64,000 nucleotides of DNA from Paraspadella gotoi. Lineage: Eukaryota > Animalia > Chaetognatha. Of this stretch, positions 49,901 to 64,000 are shown piece by piece. Positions within the stretch are counted from its first letter, which is position 1; each line of letters begins with the position of its first letter. The notes under the pieces were generated by a model that worked only from the letters and a program-made list of their open reading frames with translations, did no database searches and was not told where the DNA came from. Location of the stretch: positions 26,354,851-26,418,850 of the forward strand of contig CM119266.1 of the NCBI GenBank assembly GCA_051294375.1, read 5' to 3'. The position numbers were made by a program, and so were the translations under genes.

Positions 49901-52900
49901 TGTCAAAAAATTATCTCGATGTCATTGAATACATTAATAATATACTGGTTAATATATTGGTTGTACCAATTTCATACAAACTGCTAGGTTCTATTTTTAA
50001 CTTTTTAACTTCATTTAGATTCTGACACTTGGTGCCGTTCATCCGGTGGAGTCATTGCCTAAATCTTCCGATCTCGCTGTCGTCTGTTACACGAGCGGAA
50101 CTACTGGAAATCCAAAGGTTCGGCAAGGAAATCGTTTTGCTTTCGCCCAGACGTCCCTATGAAACCTCAAATCTTTCTGTAAACAATTAAATTCCCTTTG
50201 TAGGGCGCCATGATTACGCATGGCAACTACTGCTCCACTGCTGCCGGTGTTATCTCTCACATGTCCCAAGGAATCTGGCGGGACATTTACAAATTCGGAG
50301 TTGACGACTGTCATCTCTCTTACCTTCCTCTCGCCCACACTTTTGAACAGGTACGGTAGTGTTGGGTCGAATTAATTGTTTTTTGAAGTAGAGGCAAATC
50401 AAAGAACCGGAATATTTAAGTAATAACCATTAACCATTATTATTTTATGAGTTAAGTTTTTTTAATTGTATAGGTTGTTATAAACACGATGATCGCCCAC
50501 GGGAGCTCGATCGGATTTTTTCAGGGGAATATTAAACTGCTTACCGACGACCTGCAGACCTTGAGACCGACTATTTTTCCGACCGTGCCGAGACTTCTAA
50601 ACCGTATCTATGACGGCGTAATGAATAAGGCTAAAGGTAAGTATCTCTCCAAAGCAATGAAGAATTCTGTGCATTTTGAATTCGTTTTTAGTTGGTTCTG
50701 CTTATCCCGACTCTATACTCTATATTATAAAATGAGGTACTGAAGAAACAATAATTATTGTTATGAGTTAATGACAGAACCGTTCAATATAAGCTGTCCT
50801 TGAGCTTCGGATCAGGCTGTAACTTCGTGTTACAGGCGGGTTAAGACCCCCGTCCCTCGTTAGGCGACCACCGGTAGATACCTCACTCGAGAGCCAATAT
50901 TAGTTTATTTTTTTATATATTTTTATGCCGGTCCCTGGAGGATGATATCAATATTCACTTGCAAAAAACCGTTTTTAAATTCCTACAATGGTTTCCGAGA
51001 TATAGTCATAAACGTCAGCCTTGAAAGGCAAAATTTGTCAGAATAAAATTTTCGAGTTTCTTCTTAGATTTCTGACGCGCTAGTACAAACTATTTAAAAA
51101 AAAGAGAAAACGTTTTGCTGATTTCTTCCAGCATAATCCATAAATGTGTAAGACGATGGGTAAACCTGAAAGTGATATGTCTCTAGAGGACGGAAAATTT
51201 TTCTTTTAAAAGTTTTATTTTAAGTTTTATTTTAAAATTTAGGTATTGTAACCCCAAATAGGATAAATTGAGATACTCCCGCTTTGCTGAAATTTTTATT
51301 TAACAAAGATTTGTACTGCGTAGTTCAAATCCTTAGTTCTCTCACGGTAAAAAAAGTTATTTTCTTAAATAACTTTGGAAAGAAAAGAGGTAGGAAAGTG
51401 GGTGAGGTATTAAATTAAAGCCCTAATCATTGGACACCTCTCTGAAATAGTTTTATTAAATTTTATCCATAAATCTTTACACAGCTTTTATTTAAATCGA
51501 GAGTTAAAAGTATAACAGTTTTTTGCATTAAAAATTTCAATGAAGGCATGTGAAATTTTTCTTCTTTCGTAATTTGAAAAGGAAAGACTAAATTACATTT
51601 TGATTACCATTAAATTTGCTCTTACTCTATAAATTTGCTTGTATTTTTTAGTTAAAGTAAAAAACAAGCAAAAATTTATGAAGTAGCTGGATAAAATGTT
51701 TTTTTTTAAATATGAAAAATGATAAATACAAAAATTATTTTCAGATTGATATAAACAGTCTGGACGTCTACCTTCTTGTCTGTGAAAAAAAAATTGTCAT
51801 TTTTCATTATCTTCAACTGCAAACAAAAAGCTTGACACGCTGCTTGTTTATCATAATAAAATTTTTAAAAAATTACATAGCTGGTGACATATTTGACAAA
51901 GCAAGACATCATTGTGTTTATTTGTATTGATAATTTTCTTTTTAATATAACAACCTTTATACAAGGAATTTAATTCTTTTACTTATCATCCGTTTAAATT
52001 AAGAAAAAAAATTTCGCGGAATAGCCCATTGGAAAGGGTTCATTGACTGACTTAATGATCGAATTTTTTAGGTTTCTTTACTGCCCCCATTTCACAAGAC
52101 ATAAAAGGTCATGATTATCATGTCAGTATGTCCAGATTATCTGTACCCTTTCTGCAACCTGCATTCTGAATTTTCTTTTTTCCCTTTCAAATGTATTAAA
52201 TAAAAAAAATTATTTGAGAGAACGATTGGCGTGGAGGATGCCATTGGTAAGCCTTAGTTACCCCACTTCCCGATCAAATTTTTAAACGAGGTTTTTTTTC
52301 CATCTATTCGAGACATAACACTAACTATTGGTACTATTAATTTTTTATTTTTTCATGAAATTTTGCGTAATCAGAGAAACGTTTAGCGTGTCAAAAAATA
52401 TGGAAAAAAAAGAGAAAAACGTTTCTGACAAATTTAAAAATTTATGGAGGAATCTACCACCGGGCTAGAACCCCGGACCTTTGGGTTTGCAGGCGAATGA
52501 CTTGCCTCCGGCACCAATGGCCACTGATGAATGGTTGGTGGATTTTAGTTCACCATAGTACCCCCTTTTTGTGACCAGAACACGTTCCGAGAAAACTACT
52601 GGACCTAATTTGTTAAAATTTGGTATGAACGATCCCTATGTGAATATAAATAGAACTATCCAGGCGAATTTCAATTTTTGACCCCTGAGCCGAGATATGG
52701 GCCCCTGGATGGGGTTTCAGCTTCATGAAAATCAACGGTTCCAGTCAGATGTGGAATAATTCGGGAAAATTGTGAGAAAAACATTGAAACATCTTCAAAC
52801 AACGATTAATTCTAAAACAAAAATTTACCAATTTAAGTTTTAAAAAAGTTTTTTATATTTTTAAGACATCAATGAACCTGATGCTACTAAAAAACTATAA

Positions 52901-55900
52901 AAAGTGAGAAAAAAATTTGTTGCCTTTTTTGGCCCCCCAGGGGTCCACCCCCAGGGCCCTGTATCTCTTGTCAGGGGTTGAATATCAAAATTCGCCTCAA
53001 TAGTTTTATTTATATTGTCATTAGAACTCTAAATGTAAAATTTCATAAAATTCGATCAGTTCGTTTAGTGGGAACAGATTCTTGTAAAAAAAAATGGGTA
53101 TTGTGGCAGCAAGACTTAAAGCTGCCTCACTGCTGTCCGTCCTCAGCCTCGTCTCAATGGCTAAGCATGCTAAATCATATTGTTACAACCGTGCGTCCCG
53201 GGTTCAATCCCTGGGTATCCCGGTTCTGGCTTAAATGTGACGGAGCCAGGCTAAACATGCCAGTGACAGTGACAAAATATTTTTAAATAATTTTTAAAAA
53301 TCCGCCAAAACCGCGGGCGGCGAAAGTAAAATTTAGCCGATTTAATTATGCAAGTTGACCAAGTTTAACTATACAAGTTGTCCAAATTTAATTATGCAAG
53401 TTGACCAAATTTAATTATGCAAGTTGGTATTGGCGCAGCTCCTGGTAATTATTGATAGATTAATTTATTTATAGATTTTTTCGTGGATTTATTAAGAAGT
53501 ATGTTATGATTTTTTTATGTTACAATTTTTTATGTTACGATTTGTTATGTTACAATTTGTTATGTTACAATTGGTTATGATCTGTTAAGATCACAAATTG
53601 AAAGTCGGAAAAAAATACCGTGATTTATCATCGGATTAGCTTAATACTGCTTAATTATCGTAGGCAGATCCGACGTTGTTTTCTCAAACTTGTTAATTTA
53701 CCACCCTCTCTGGTTCTATTCAGAATCCAAGCTGAAAGAAAGTCTCCTAAAATTTGCTTTAAAACGAAAGCAAATGGATTTGGACCGAGGAATCTTCCGA
53801 AGAAACAGCATATGGGACAAAATCGTCTTCAAACAAATCCATCAGAAACTTGGTGGTCGAGTTCGTGTTGTCTTCAGCGGGTCCGCTCCTCTCTCCGGAA
53901 AGGTAAGAAAGAAGGATTTGCTTGTATTATTTACATACACATTTATTTATACACATATATAATAATTTGCAAAATTACTTTTCACTATTTTCTATTTTTA
54001 GATTTTTAAAATTATATGAAATTGGTACAACCAATATAAATATTTAAATATTCTGGTGCCCTTTAAATTTGATTTCCTCAAAAACTTATTAAACTTTAAT
54101 TTGTTTTTGAGGAAATCAAATTCGAATAAAAAATTATTACTGGATCAATAAAAAAATATATAATTTATATATTTTATATATTTTATTTTTATATATTTTT
54201 TTATATTTTATATATTTTTATATATTTTTCAAATACTAAGAATAAGGGGTATATTTCTTTTACCGAGAAAGATTTGAATATTGTCCTCAACTTTATTTTA
54301 GATAATGTTTTTGTCATATTTGGTACCTTAATATATAAACAAACATTAGGAATACCAATTGGACTAGATTATGGTCAAGATATTGCCAATCTGTTATTTT
54401 ATTTTGAATCAACGTATATGGAAAATATGTCAAAAAATAATTTAGGAATCGCTAGACAATTTAAAAATTGCTCAAGATATATTGATGACCTTTTTTCAGC
54501 AGATTTTAAGGATTGTAAAACACATCTTGCTAACATATATCCAGCAGCACATACTGTCAATAAATCTAATAGTACAGATACAAATGTAGATTATTTAGAC
54601 ATTAACATTATATCAGAAAACAAAAATCTTACTCTTTCTGTTTATGATAAAAGGGATACCTTTTCTTTTGAAGTAGTTAATTACCCATATATGGATAGTT
54701 GTATTCCTAAAAAAGCAGCACTAGGTGTATTTATTAGCCAATTAATTAGATATGCAAGAATATGTTCCACGTTTACAGATTTTTCATCAAGAGCAATAAA
54801 TTTAAGCAAAAAACTACAAAATCAAGGTTATATATTTAAGACACGATGCAAGTTATCGTGGCGGAGACTATGCAGAAATAAAAAAAATTCAGTGACTATA
54901 AATAAGTACGAAAAATATTAATGCAAAATCTTATATGGTATGAAAGATATGACTAAATACAGGATAGGGACCAAAAATTAAATACATTTTTTTTTCATAT
55001 CTTTTATTATTATAACAAGAAAAAAATTTGGGTAAGGACTTCTCATGCTGTAATTTGTCCCCTACCTTTAATTAAGTGGTTCAAATTTTTTTTTAGTCGG
55101 ATCTGCTTATCAGCAGTTCCTGACTCTATAATTCACTTTGTCGGTCCGTCGGTCCGCCCCCTCAATATTGTCGGGCACACACTTATATCATGTCAGAACA
55201 TCGAATTATGATAAATTATGCAAAAAAAATGTATGTCCGTCCGTCCGTCCGTCCCACCTTAGCAAAAAACACCAATTTCTTGTGATTGGATGGATGGATT
55301 TGAATGAAATTTTGTGTGTGGGTAGGGAAGTGTGTGATTGAGCTGGATATGAAGTTTCGTTGGAATCGTCCGAGTGGAAATAAGTTTAAATGGAAAAAAT
55401 AAAAAATTATATTTTACTATTTGAACACCAATTGCTCATGAGTGGATTGGGCGATTGACCTTGAATTTGGTATGTGGGTAGGAAAGTGTGTGATTAAGCT
55501 GGAAATCAAGTTTTGATGGAATCGTCTTAGTGGAAATGAGTTTAAATGGAAAAAACAAAAAACCTGTTTCACTAATTTATTAGGCTTCTTTTTCCTTTTA
55601 TATCAAATGTAAATGCAGGATAATGTATTAATTAATCAAATAATTAATCAATTATTCGATTAATTAATAAATAATTAATTTATCAGTCAATAAATCAAGT
55701 CAATCATTATCGGCATTATTCTCAGTCATTGCTTTTGTCGTGGTTAAAAAATAATAAAAAACATAGCTAGTTTATTTTTTAAAAATGATACTTTAAACCA
55801 AAAATTTATTCTACTTTTAGTTTAATATTTTATAATTTACTCCGGTCTATTTACAGCTTATAAAACAAGTTTGAGCAAACAATGTCGGATCTACCTACAA

Positions 55901-58900
55901 TAATTAATTAATTTTAATAATTAATTATAATTTATATTCAGCATGTCATCATCGATGTCCTTAAAATTGAGTCAGGACAGTTATTAAATGTTTTGTTTAC
56001 ATTTTATCAAAACAAACAAATATCCTCTATTTAATTTTATGTCTCCTTCTCTCTCTCTCTTTCTCTCTCTCACTCTCTTTCTCTTTCTTTTTATGGAATT
56101 GCGACGATCCTTATGCTTTTAAGATTTTTTTAACTTGCATCATTTTTTCAACTTGCATAATTTTTTCAACTTGCATTCCGTCAAAACTTTATATCTAGCT
56201 TCTTCACTCACTTTCCTACCGGCTCACAAAATTTCATCTCAATCTATCATGGGTTAAAATAAATAAAAAGATTCAAGTAAATGTGACTCATATTTTTTTC
56301 ATTTAAACTTCTCTTTCTCTCTCTCACTCTCTTTCTCTCTTTCTTTTTATGGAATTGTGACGATCCTTATGCTTTTAAGATTTTTTTAACTTGCATCATT
56401 TTTTCAACTTGCATAATTTTTTCAACTTGCATTCCGTCAAAACTTTATATCTAGCTTCTTCACTCACTTTCCTACCGGCTCACAAAATTTCATCTCAATC
56501 TATCATGGGTTAAAATAAATAAAAAGATTCAAGTAAATGTGACTCATATTTTTTTCATTTAAAATCATTTCCACTGGTACGTTTCCACCGAAACTTTATA
56601 TCAAGCTTCGTCACACATTTTCCTACCCACACACAAAATTTCAACTCAATCTATCCATCCAATTATGATTAATTAGAGTATTTATTGGTTAAAATAAGTA
56701 AAAAGATTTTAGTAAATGCGACTTATGTTTTTTCCATTTAAACTAATTTCCACTCACACGATTCCATCAAAACTTTATATCCAGCTCTATCGCACACTTT
56801 CCTACCCAATTTATTTCCATTCCAACCAGCCTATCACGAGTTATTGGAGCTTTTTGGTAAGGTGGGATGGATGGACGGATTGACTAATTAATTATCGATT
56901 AATTTATTTACTAATTGATTAATTAACTGATTAATTATTTGATTTAATACATTTATACATTTAATATAAAAGGAAAAAGAAGCATAATCAATTAGTGAAA
57001 CAGGTTTTTTGTTTTTTTCCATTTAAACTCATTTCTACTCAAAAGATTCCATCGAAACTTGATTTCCTGTTCAATCACACACTTTCCTACCCACATACAA
57101 AATTCCAGGTCAATCAGCCCATCCACTCATGAGCAATTGGTGTTCAAATAGTGAATATATTTTTTTATTTTTTCCATTTAAAGTCATTTCCACTAGGACG
57201 ATTCCATTGAAACTTCATATCCAGCTCAATCACACACTTACCTATCCACACACAAAATTTTATTCAAAGCCATCCATCCAATCACGAGTAATTGGTGTTT
57301 TTTGCTAAGGTGGGACGGACGGACATCATTTTTTTTGCATAATTTATCATAATTCGATGTTCTGACATGATATAAGTTAGTGCCCGACAATATTGAGGGG
57401 GCGGACCGACAAAGTGAATTATAGAGTCGGGATCTGCTGATAAGCAGATCCGACTAAAAACCATTAAAAATATTTAATTTTTAATTTTTCCCCTCAATCA
57501 GTCAATAAAGATGTTTTTTTATCCCCAACTCTCTAATTCCTTGAATTTTTATAGATTAAATAATCAAATCCTTGGATTAAGCAGACATCTTTTTAATTTA
57601 GTACCTTTATTGACAGTGAGACTGTTGCAGATAATAACTTTGGTATCAAATGGTCGGCAAAAAGCTAAAAGGAATAGAAAATTATTACTTTATTTAAATA
57701 ATAATTATAAAATATTCAAACAGTGTTTTTACCTCTTATGGTCCTTGGAACGCCCTATAATACTACAAAAAATGTCCTTTTTTATATTAATAGTGAACCA
57801 ATCAGAGACTAGAGTTGGCTATCAAATTTAAAATTGACTAATCGGTGTCAATCTTTGTGCACTAGGACCAATTTTTATAGCTAAGTTGTTACTTGGTAAG
57901 TAGAAGCAGAGTAGCATGACGCGTTGCTATGGGGGAATTTTTAGTAACCAGAATAGGCCAATCATCAACTCTGATTGAGAGGCAAAATTAATGTTATTTA
58001 AAAATCATTTCTACAATTTGTATCAATAAAACAACAAAAAATTCAAAAGGTTGTATTAATAACCTTTATCTAACTTTTAAAGCTCTACCAGAATCTATTT
58101 AAAAAATTGAAAAATTAAAAAAAAATTTTAAACTTTATATAGTAATAAAATAATCTTTAAATGCTTCCGTGCGCTAATATATAAAATAAAAATAATTTTT
58201 AAAATTTATCTTATTGAAGATAAATTTTAAAAATGATTTTTATTTTCATATTCTTTAACTAGCACTTAACCATTATTTATTTGAGAGAACTTCTAGTTTT
58301 CAACCTGTTCTGGCCTAATACATACTGGAGAAAAGTCTCTAGGAAATGATATATGAAATTGTAACAACCAATAAAAATAATACATAAGTCCAAAGTCAGG
58401 GACAATATAGCTTATTTATTAAATAAATGGATAATTTTTATATTGGTTGTACCAATTTCACATAATAAAATTATCTATTCATTCCATAAAGAAGCTTTCT
58501 TGTCCCTGACTTTGGACGGGTTATAGTGGCTTCAGCCCTCCATCCTTCTTTTTGTATATTATTTATTCGCTTTCTTTGTTAAAAATAGGTCATGCAATTC
58601 GCGAGATGCGCTCTTGGTGCTTTAATTCTGGAAGGTTTCGGCCAAACGGAAAACGCTGCGATTTGCACGACCCAAATCCCCGGTGACCTCGAAACTGGGG
58701 TGGTGAGTTCCGAGAACTTGAGGCTTATTGGGATGTCCTTCTACTAGATTCCTTAAATTTCGCCAATCGACAGGTCGGTCCACCGCTTCCCCACGCGCGA
58801 ATCCGGCTCGTCGATGTCCCTGAAAAAGACTGCTGGACCAAGGATGGCCGTGGGGAAATCTGCGTCAAGGGACCCTGCGTTTTCGCCGGCTACTTGAAAG

Positions 58901-59521
58901 ACCCCGAGAAAACTGCTGAAGTCTTAGACGACGAAGGCTGGCTTCACACCGGTGACATTGGCGCTTGGACGCCGAATGGAGCTCTCAAAGTCATTGATCG
59001 CAAGAAACATATTTTTAAGTTGGCGCAGGGGGAATACATCGCGCCGGAGAAGATCGAGAATGTTTATCTCGGGTAAGTCGCGACGATGATAGACATTTTA
59101 TATTCGTTATTATTTTATTAAAATGTTATCCATTTTTAGGTCGGCCTTCGTGGCTCAAATCTTCGTTTACGGTGAAAGTTTAAAGTCAAATCTCGTCGCA
59201 GTAGTTATACCCGAGCGCGAAACTGTCGAGGAATGGGCAAATTCTAATATCAGGGCGTTGCTTTCTGGCGATCGCGGTGACGCCCAGTACGAGTCGCTTG
59301 TCAAGGACCCCCGCCTTAAGTCGGCCATTCTCGCCGACATGATCAAGGTCGCGAAGAAGGGCGGATTGAAAACTTTCGAAACTGCCAAGGATATCGTGCT
59401 TGATGCTCGTCTTTGGTCCATCGAAGATGGAACTCTGACTCCCACATTCAAAACCAAGCGCGCCGTCGTTAAGCATCGTTTCGCCGTTCAAATCGATAAT
59501 CTTTACGAAAGGTTAGACTGA
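46952..59521 (+). CDS. ACSL1: Long-chain fatty acyl-CoA synthetase (ACSL1/5/6-like), 12 exons
   Basis: Exons 46952-46972, 47063-47179, 47251-47473, 48273-48442, 49685-49870, 50019-50117, 50204-50350, 50474-50636, 53724-53902, 58589-58702, 58774-59072, 59140-59521. Motifs: P-loop CYTSGTTGNPKGAM, gate SYLPLAHTFE, EGFGQTE, GWLHTGDIG, IDRKKHIFKLAQGEYIAPEKIEN, LTPTFKTKR. Exact paralog identity is not resolvable. Confidence 0.93.
52450..52525 (-). pseudogene. Degenerate tRNA-like sequence in an intronic repeat; a second lies at ~53140-53225 (+)
   Basis: B-box-like GGTTCTAGCC / GGTTCAATCC motifs with T-arm-like stems. Neither forms a complete cloverleaf. Confidence 0.35.
54226..54921 (+). mobile_element. 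5'-truncated AT-rich PLE-type reverse transcriptase fragment in ACSL intron 9
   Basis: FILDNVFVIFG..YKQTLGIPIG..IANL, RYIDDL, YLDI, VYDKRDTFSFEVVNYP..S.IP....GVFISQLIRYARICS. No GIY-YIG follows the thumb. Confidence 0.85.
55097..57454. mobile_element. Two divergently oriented DINE-1/Helentron-like family A copies
   Basis: The + copy (55863-57454) runs from the aacaagtttgagc terminus to the 3' hairpin gatctgct-gata-agcagatc. The - copy lies at 55097-55740. An internal ~260 bp tandem duplication lies at 56050-56560. Confidence 0.6.
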
Positions 59522-60080
59522 TGAAATCGTGATTCTCGTTTCCTCATGTCGCGCTCTCTGTATTGTGATATAAAAAAATTCTCTTTTTATTCTATAATTC
59601 TATAAAAGATAAACGTGATATTCTTGTATACATAATGTTTCATTTTTATACGTGGTGTATGTTAGTTTAGTCAAGAATGCAGAGACCCGTTATTCATAAG
59701 CTTGATCTCACAGACTCACACTTCTAAAACGTCCCTGGCCTTATTTTTATTTAATTTTTTTTTTCAACAGAAATCATAAATGAATTTAAATTTTTGATTG
59801 TGTACCATGTTTTATTGTTTTTGAACTTGGTTTTTGTATTTTCGTTTGTTTCTGAAAACCTTGAAATATCAGTCACAGCGAATGGAATTTGATTAAAATT
59901 TAACAAAAAACTAAGAGAAAAATGTGTCGAAAAAGCAATCGTACTTTATTTTCTTCACATATCCAAATTAAATGTCCAGGAAATTTAAATACTACAAAAA
60001 GTTAGCTATACTAAATACAACACTCGACGATATCATGAAAGCGCTTCGAAAGCTTTTTAAATTTTGAAATATTTCTTACG

Positions 60081-60375
60081 ATGACATCGCCAAGAAAAGA
60101 AATGAAGGGGAGACGCCGAACCAACAAACATCCCTCTCGTTTTGACGAAGTATCCTTTCCCGAGCATATTGGGGAAGGACCGTCTTTCACCACATCCGGA
60201 CGATTGGGTCGCGTTTCGGCGATAAATAATGGATCCGTCAAGCTACCCCAGTTCCGATCGTCCGTGAGGAGCAACAAGAGCGTGCACTTCCAAGCCGATC
60301 AAATCAGGCGGCGACCAACGGCCGGCTCCAACCATATCCAGACCCGGGACGAAGAAGTAGATTCAGTAGGCAGGC
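60081..60375 (+). CDS. Probable first coding exon of an unidentified gene continuing rightwards
   Basis: GC-richer ATG-initiated ORF (MTSPRKEMKGRR...). A possible later exon at ~63800-63877 (FPNIEKNNYWSFNFNKFIVFWNIFS) ends in a GT donor. No family recognised. Confidence 0.45.
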
Positions 60376-62098
60376 GCGGCTGGATATCGAGGACTTATTT
60401 ATCATGAATATTAAAAGCAAACACTTTTATTATATTTATAATAATTTTTAGGATAGAATAAGTAATAAGTTTTAAATTTTTTAACATAACACATGTTTAG
60501 CTTTAAATTTGAGCACTATTTACAGTTTAAAGCATATAGTAAGTTACTTCTTATTGATGAATAATTAATTTTGAAAATAATAATTAATATTTAATTTATA
60601 ATAAGAAGATTAACCATGTATGGACTAAACACCAATTTCACTAATGGAACGAACTTTATAACTAGTTACATTGTTTGGTAAAAAAAGAGATAGAAATTGT
60701 TTATTATTATTGTAATGGTTACTTAAGAGAGGAGGTTCAACCTGGACTGTGATGCGATGATAGTTATTCACTGATGTATTCATTGATGTGATGATAATCA
60801 TTCATTGGCATGAGGTGATGATAGTCATTCACTGTTGTGATGCAAATTAGAATATAGTATTCTATATACAAATTTGCATATTATAGAAAGTAATTTGCAT
60901 ATTGCAGTAAATCATAATGAGAAAGAAATTCAAACTAAAAATACTTGAATCCATATGAAAATGACAATTGCAAAAAACTTATATAGGAGCCGACGTCTTT
61001 CTTAGAGATCGAGGAAGATTTTTTCAATGGAGATTTTTGTTCAAATCTTGACTACCAAACAATATAAACGCTCCTGAGAAAAATTCCACAAAAAAATCAA
61101 TGTAAAAACACATGATTCCGATCCTGTTGCATCTGAAGGGCTCGTATTTTTTTTCTCTTGTCAAATCATCAACAGCTTGATATCAAACAAGCCAGAACAA
61201 ATAGACTGTTTCTGTACGAAATATATATAGAAATAAAAGGGATTTTATATTTTATTTAGTTATTTTAATATGATACGATCATGGTAAAGTGAATTAGTCG
61301 ATTTTGATAAAATTTTTATTTAAAGTAAAAGTAAGAGGAGCTAACCATCGAAATTCTAAGAGTTTTCAACCGGGAAAGGGGTAGATTTTCCGAAGATTTT
61401 GGTTAATATGTTCTATATTTATGGTCATATTTTTTTGAAACTTAACAAAAGCAATATTGCCATCATTCTACATTGGCCGGTATAAGAATATATTAAAAAA
61501 ACCTCTGGCTTTTTTCGTCAGAGCTTAGTCCTATCTTAAAGATGAGAAGCCATATCTAAACTTAACTTACTATGATCACACACTTTTATAAAAATCCATC
61601 ATAATTCGTAGTAGTTTTTATTTAAAAAAAACAATTGTTAGCCCCAGTCAAAACTTCATAAGAAATGCATATAATGCATATGCAGACAATGATTACGACT
61701 ACGACTACGACGACGACGTCACAAAGAAGCTAAAGCGATCCAAAATCTATGGCGAGATAATAAGCTCAGTTTTAATAAGCTGTACATTGTATAAGCTTTA
61801 TTAACTTTTTTAACTTTATTGCTTATCAGCAGATTCCAACTCACTTTGTCGGTCCGTCATTCCAACCCCAAAATCTTGTCAGTAAATCATTATCATATAA
61901 GAACCTCGAATTATGACAAATTATGTAACAAACATATCCGTCTGTATGTCCGCGTGTCCATCCCACCTTAGTAAAAAACTCTAATTACTCGTGATTGGAT
62001 AGATGGATTGGAATGAAATTTTGTATGTGGGTAGGAAAGTGTGTGTTTAAGCTGGAAATCAAGATTCGATGGAATCGTCTAAGTGGAAATTAGTTTAA

Positions 62099-62978
62099 GG
62101 GGACCCAGTGATAAAAATGATATCATAAGCTTAAGGGTCTATCATCAAAGGAATTTGAATGGTGATAGTCATTAATTTTTCTTTGCACGGGAAACTGGCA
62201 AAAAAATTCCTATCTCTTATTGTAGCGGAAACAAAAATTTAATAATTATGAAAAAAAAATTTAGTTGACCCTACCTAAATATTTATATAATCCATTATTT
62301 TATTTTTGCATTAGAAAGTATTTTTTAGCTAATTTCAATTTTTTATTTTTTACTGTACAAAGCTATAATTTTAGGTTTAAGCCTCATTGAACAAAGGCTT
62401 TACAAGATTAATATTTTTATATTTTTATATTTACTTAAAAGCAGACAAATCAAACCTAAATTCTATTCTTACAGAAACAAAACTGTAATAATTATTAATT
62501 AATATTCATATTCATCCCTTAAATGTATAATTAAACTATATTGATTCCTAATTATAACAATTAAAAATTTAGCAAAAGTACAGAATCTTTCTCTTCTTTT
62601 TATATTTATATTACTTCAAAGAGTTTTATTTTTATCCAATTAACAGAATCATTTGAAAAGAAAGTTTAAATAAAATCAGTCGATACCTTAAATTTTGATT
62701 CATTCCTAGTTTTTTTTCTTATAAATTTTTGTGATAAAAGCTGAAAATCTTTTTAAAATTAGATCTTACCCTTTTTTGGAAAAAAAAATTTTAAACTTGA
62801 AAAAGATTTTCTTCTTACCGATTTTTTAAAAAAAATTAAGCTCGCTGATTTTATCGAATTTTTTAACTACTTTCCCAAATGATTATAGAAGAAAAAATTA
62901 TATGATCAGAACCAGCTTAAGTTAAAGGGTCAAACGTTATGTTTTCAGCTTTTTACCCCCCCTGTTCACTTGGTCCCC
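62099..62978. mobile_element. TTAA-flanked MITE (Kolobok-like termini) inserted in a family A repeat
   Basis: TIR GGGGACC(C/A)AGTG with a TTAA TSD at 62095-62098 and 62979-62982. Removing it restores the host gtttaaatggaaaaaac. Confidence 0.75.
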
Positions 62979-64000
62979 TTAAATGGAAAAAACAAAAAAA
63001 ACATGTTTCACTAATTAATTATGCTTCTTTTACTTTTTATATTAAATGTAAATTCAAGATGTATTAATTAATCAAATAATTATTCAGTTAATAAATAAAT
63101 TTTTCATTTAATAAAAAATAATTAATTACTGCTAATGATCATGGGCAGATCCAACATTGTTTGTTCAAACTTGTTTTTTATTTAGCTTCATTTAACTTTA
63201 GCCTCGATTTTTAGAATTAAGACGACTCTTATCTAAAACTTGAGCTTCATTATAATAAATAATACAGCAATGTAAAATTATTAATTTTTTTTTGACAAGG
63301 AATAACAGTTAAAGATAAGAATCCCTGGGCTACTAAGAAACGAATCTTTTGAAACTATGATAAGTATTTAGAGTTATGATAGTTTTTTTCATGACATTTA
63401 TGATAACACGCCCACTATGGGTATGAACTTATTAAATAATGAGAATTTTAAGTTAAAGAAAAGGGGAAAATTCCATGTTGTAGTCAACTTCCGGTCATTT
63501 GTGCTTGGGTCAAACGCAAAATCTGATTGTCGACACCTTGTTCATCGTTTTAAGCACTTAAAATTATATTAAAAACTGAACAGGATGGTGAAAATTAAAA
63601 GTTAAATATACAGGATTGAGATTCAAAATCTGTAATTAATAATAATAATAATATAATATATAACATCTCAAACAAAACCTCGTACGGTTTTAAAAGATCG
63701 TTTATCGAATCGAAAAGATCTTACCGCGTCCAAAATCGTTTTTTTCGTGTTTTTTTTTTTTCTTTTTGGTCCTGCATCAACGAATCCGTCAAAGAATAGA
63801 TTTCCAAACATTGAAAAAAATAACTACTGGAGTTTCAACTTCAACAAATTCATTGTTTTTTTGGAATATCTTTTCAGGTTTGTATTTTAAATATGTTAAA
63901 TGAAACATTGATTGACAAAAAATTTACCATTAGATTAAAATTATCATTTTTTTAAGATATAAAGTATTGCAGTTGGTAAAATATTGGGAATTGAGAGTGA

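Overview
Eukaryotic (animal, probably invertebrate) genomic DNA with GC-richer exons, short 55-100 bp introns and very AT-rich, transposon-packed intergenic and intronic DNA. Hand-assembled gene models: p120 RasGAP/RASA1 (17 exons, 23912-37560 +), an orphan 8-exon membrane-protein gene nested antisense in RASA1 intron 11 (30107-32360 -), an intronless spinster/SPNS MFS transporter (43847-45805 +), a 12-exon long-chain acyl-CoA synthetase (46952-59521 +), a divergent XK-related membrane protein with an N-terminal Cys/His cluster (3758-8809 +), two exons of an M14 carboxypeptidase propeptide (2646-3265 -) and the probable first exon of an unidentified gene (60081 +). The repeats include a truncated Penelope element (RT + GIY-YIG), a second PLE-type RT fragment, ten minimal hammerhead-ribozyme motifs in Penelope-type terminal repeats (several in foldback arrangements), hAT-like, TTAA-flanked and DINE/Helentron-like non-autonomous elements, and a tRNA-Lys-derived SINE. 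The most striking element is a Transib/RAG-like MITE whose two ends resemble V(D)J recombination signals with asymmetric 12 and 21 bp spacers. A 4.4 kb tandem duplication next to N gaps looks like an assembly artefact. All calls were made by eye; no database searches were run.
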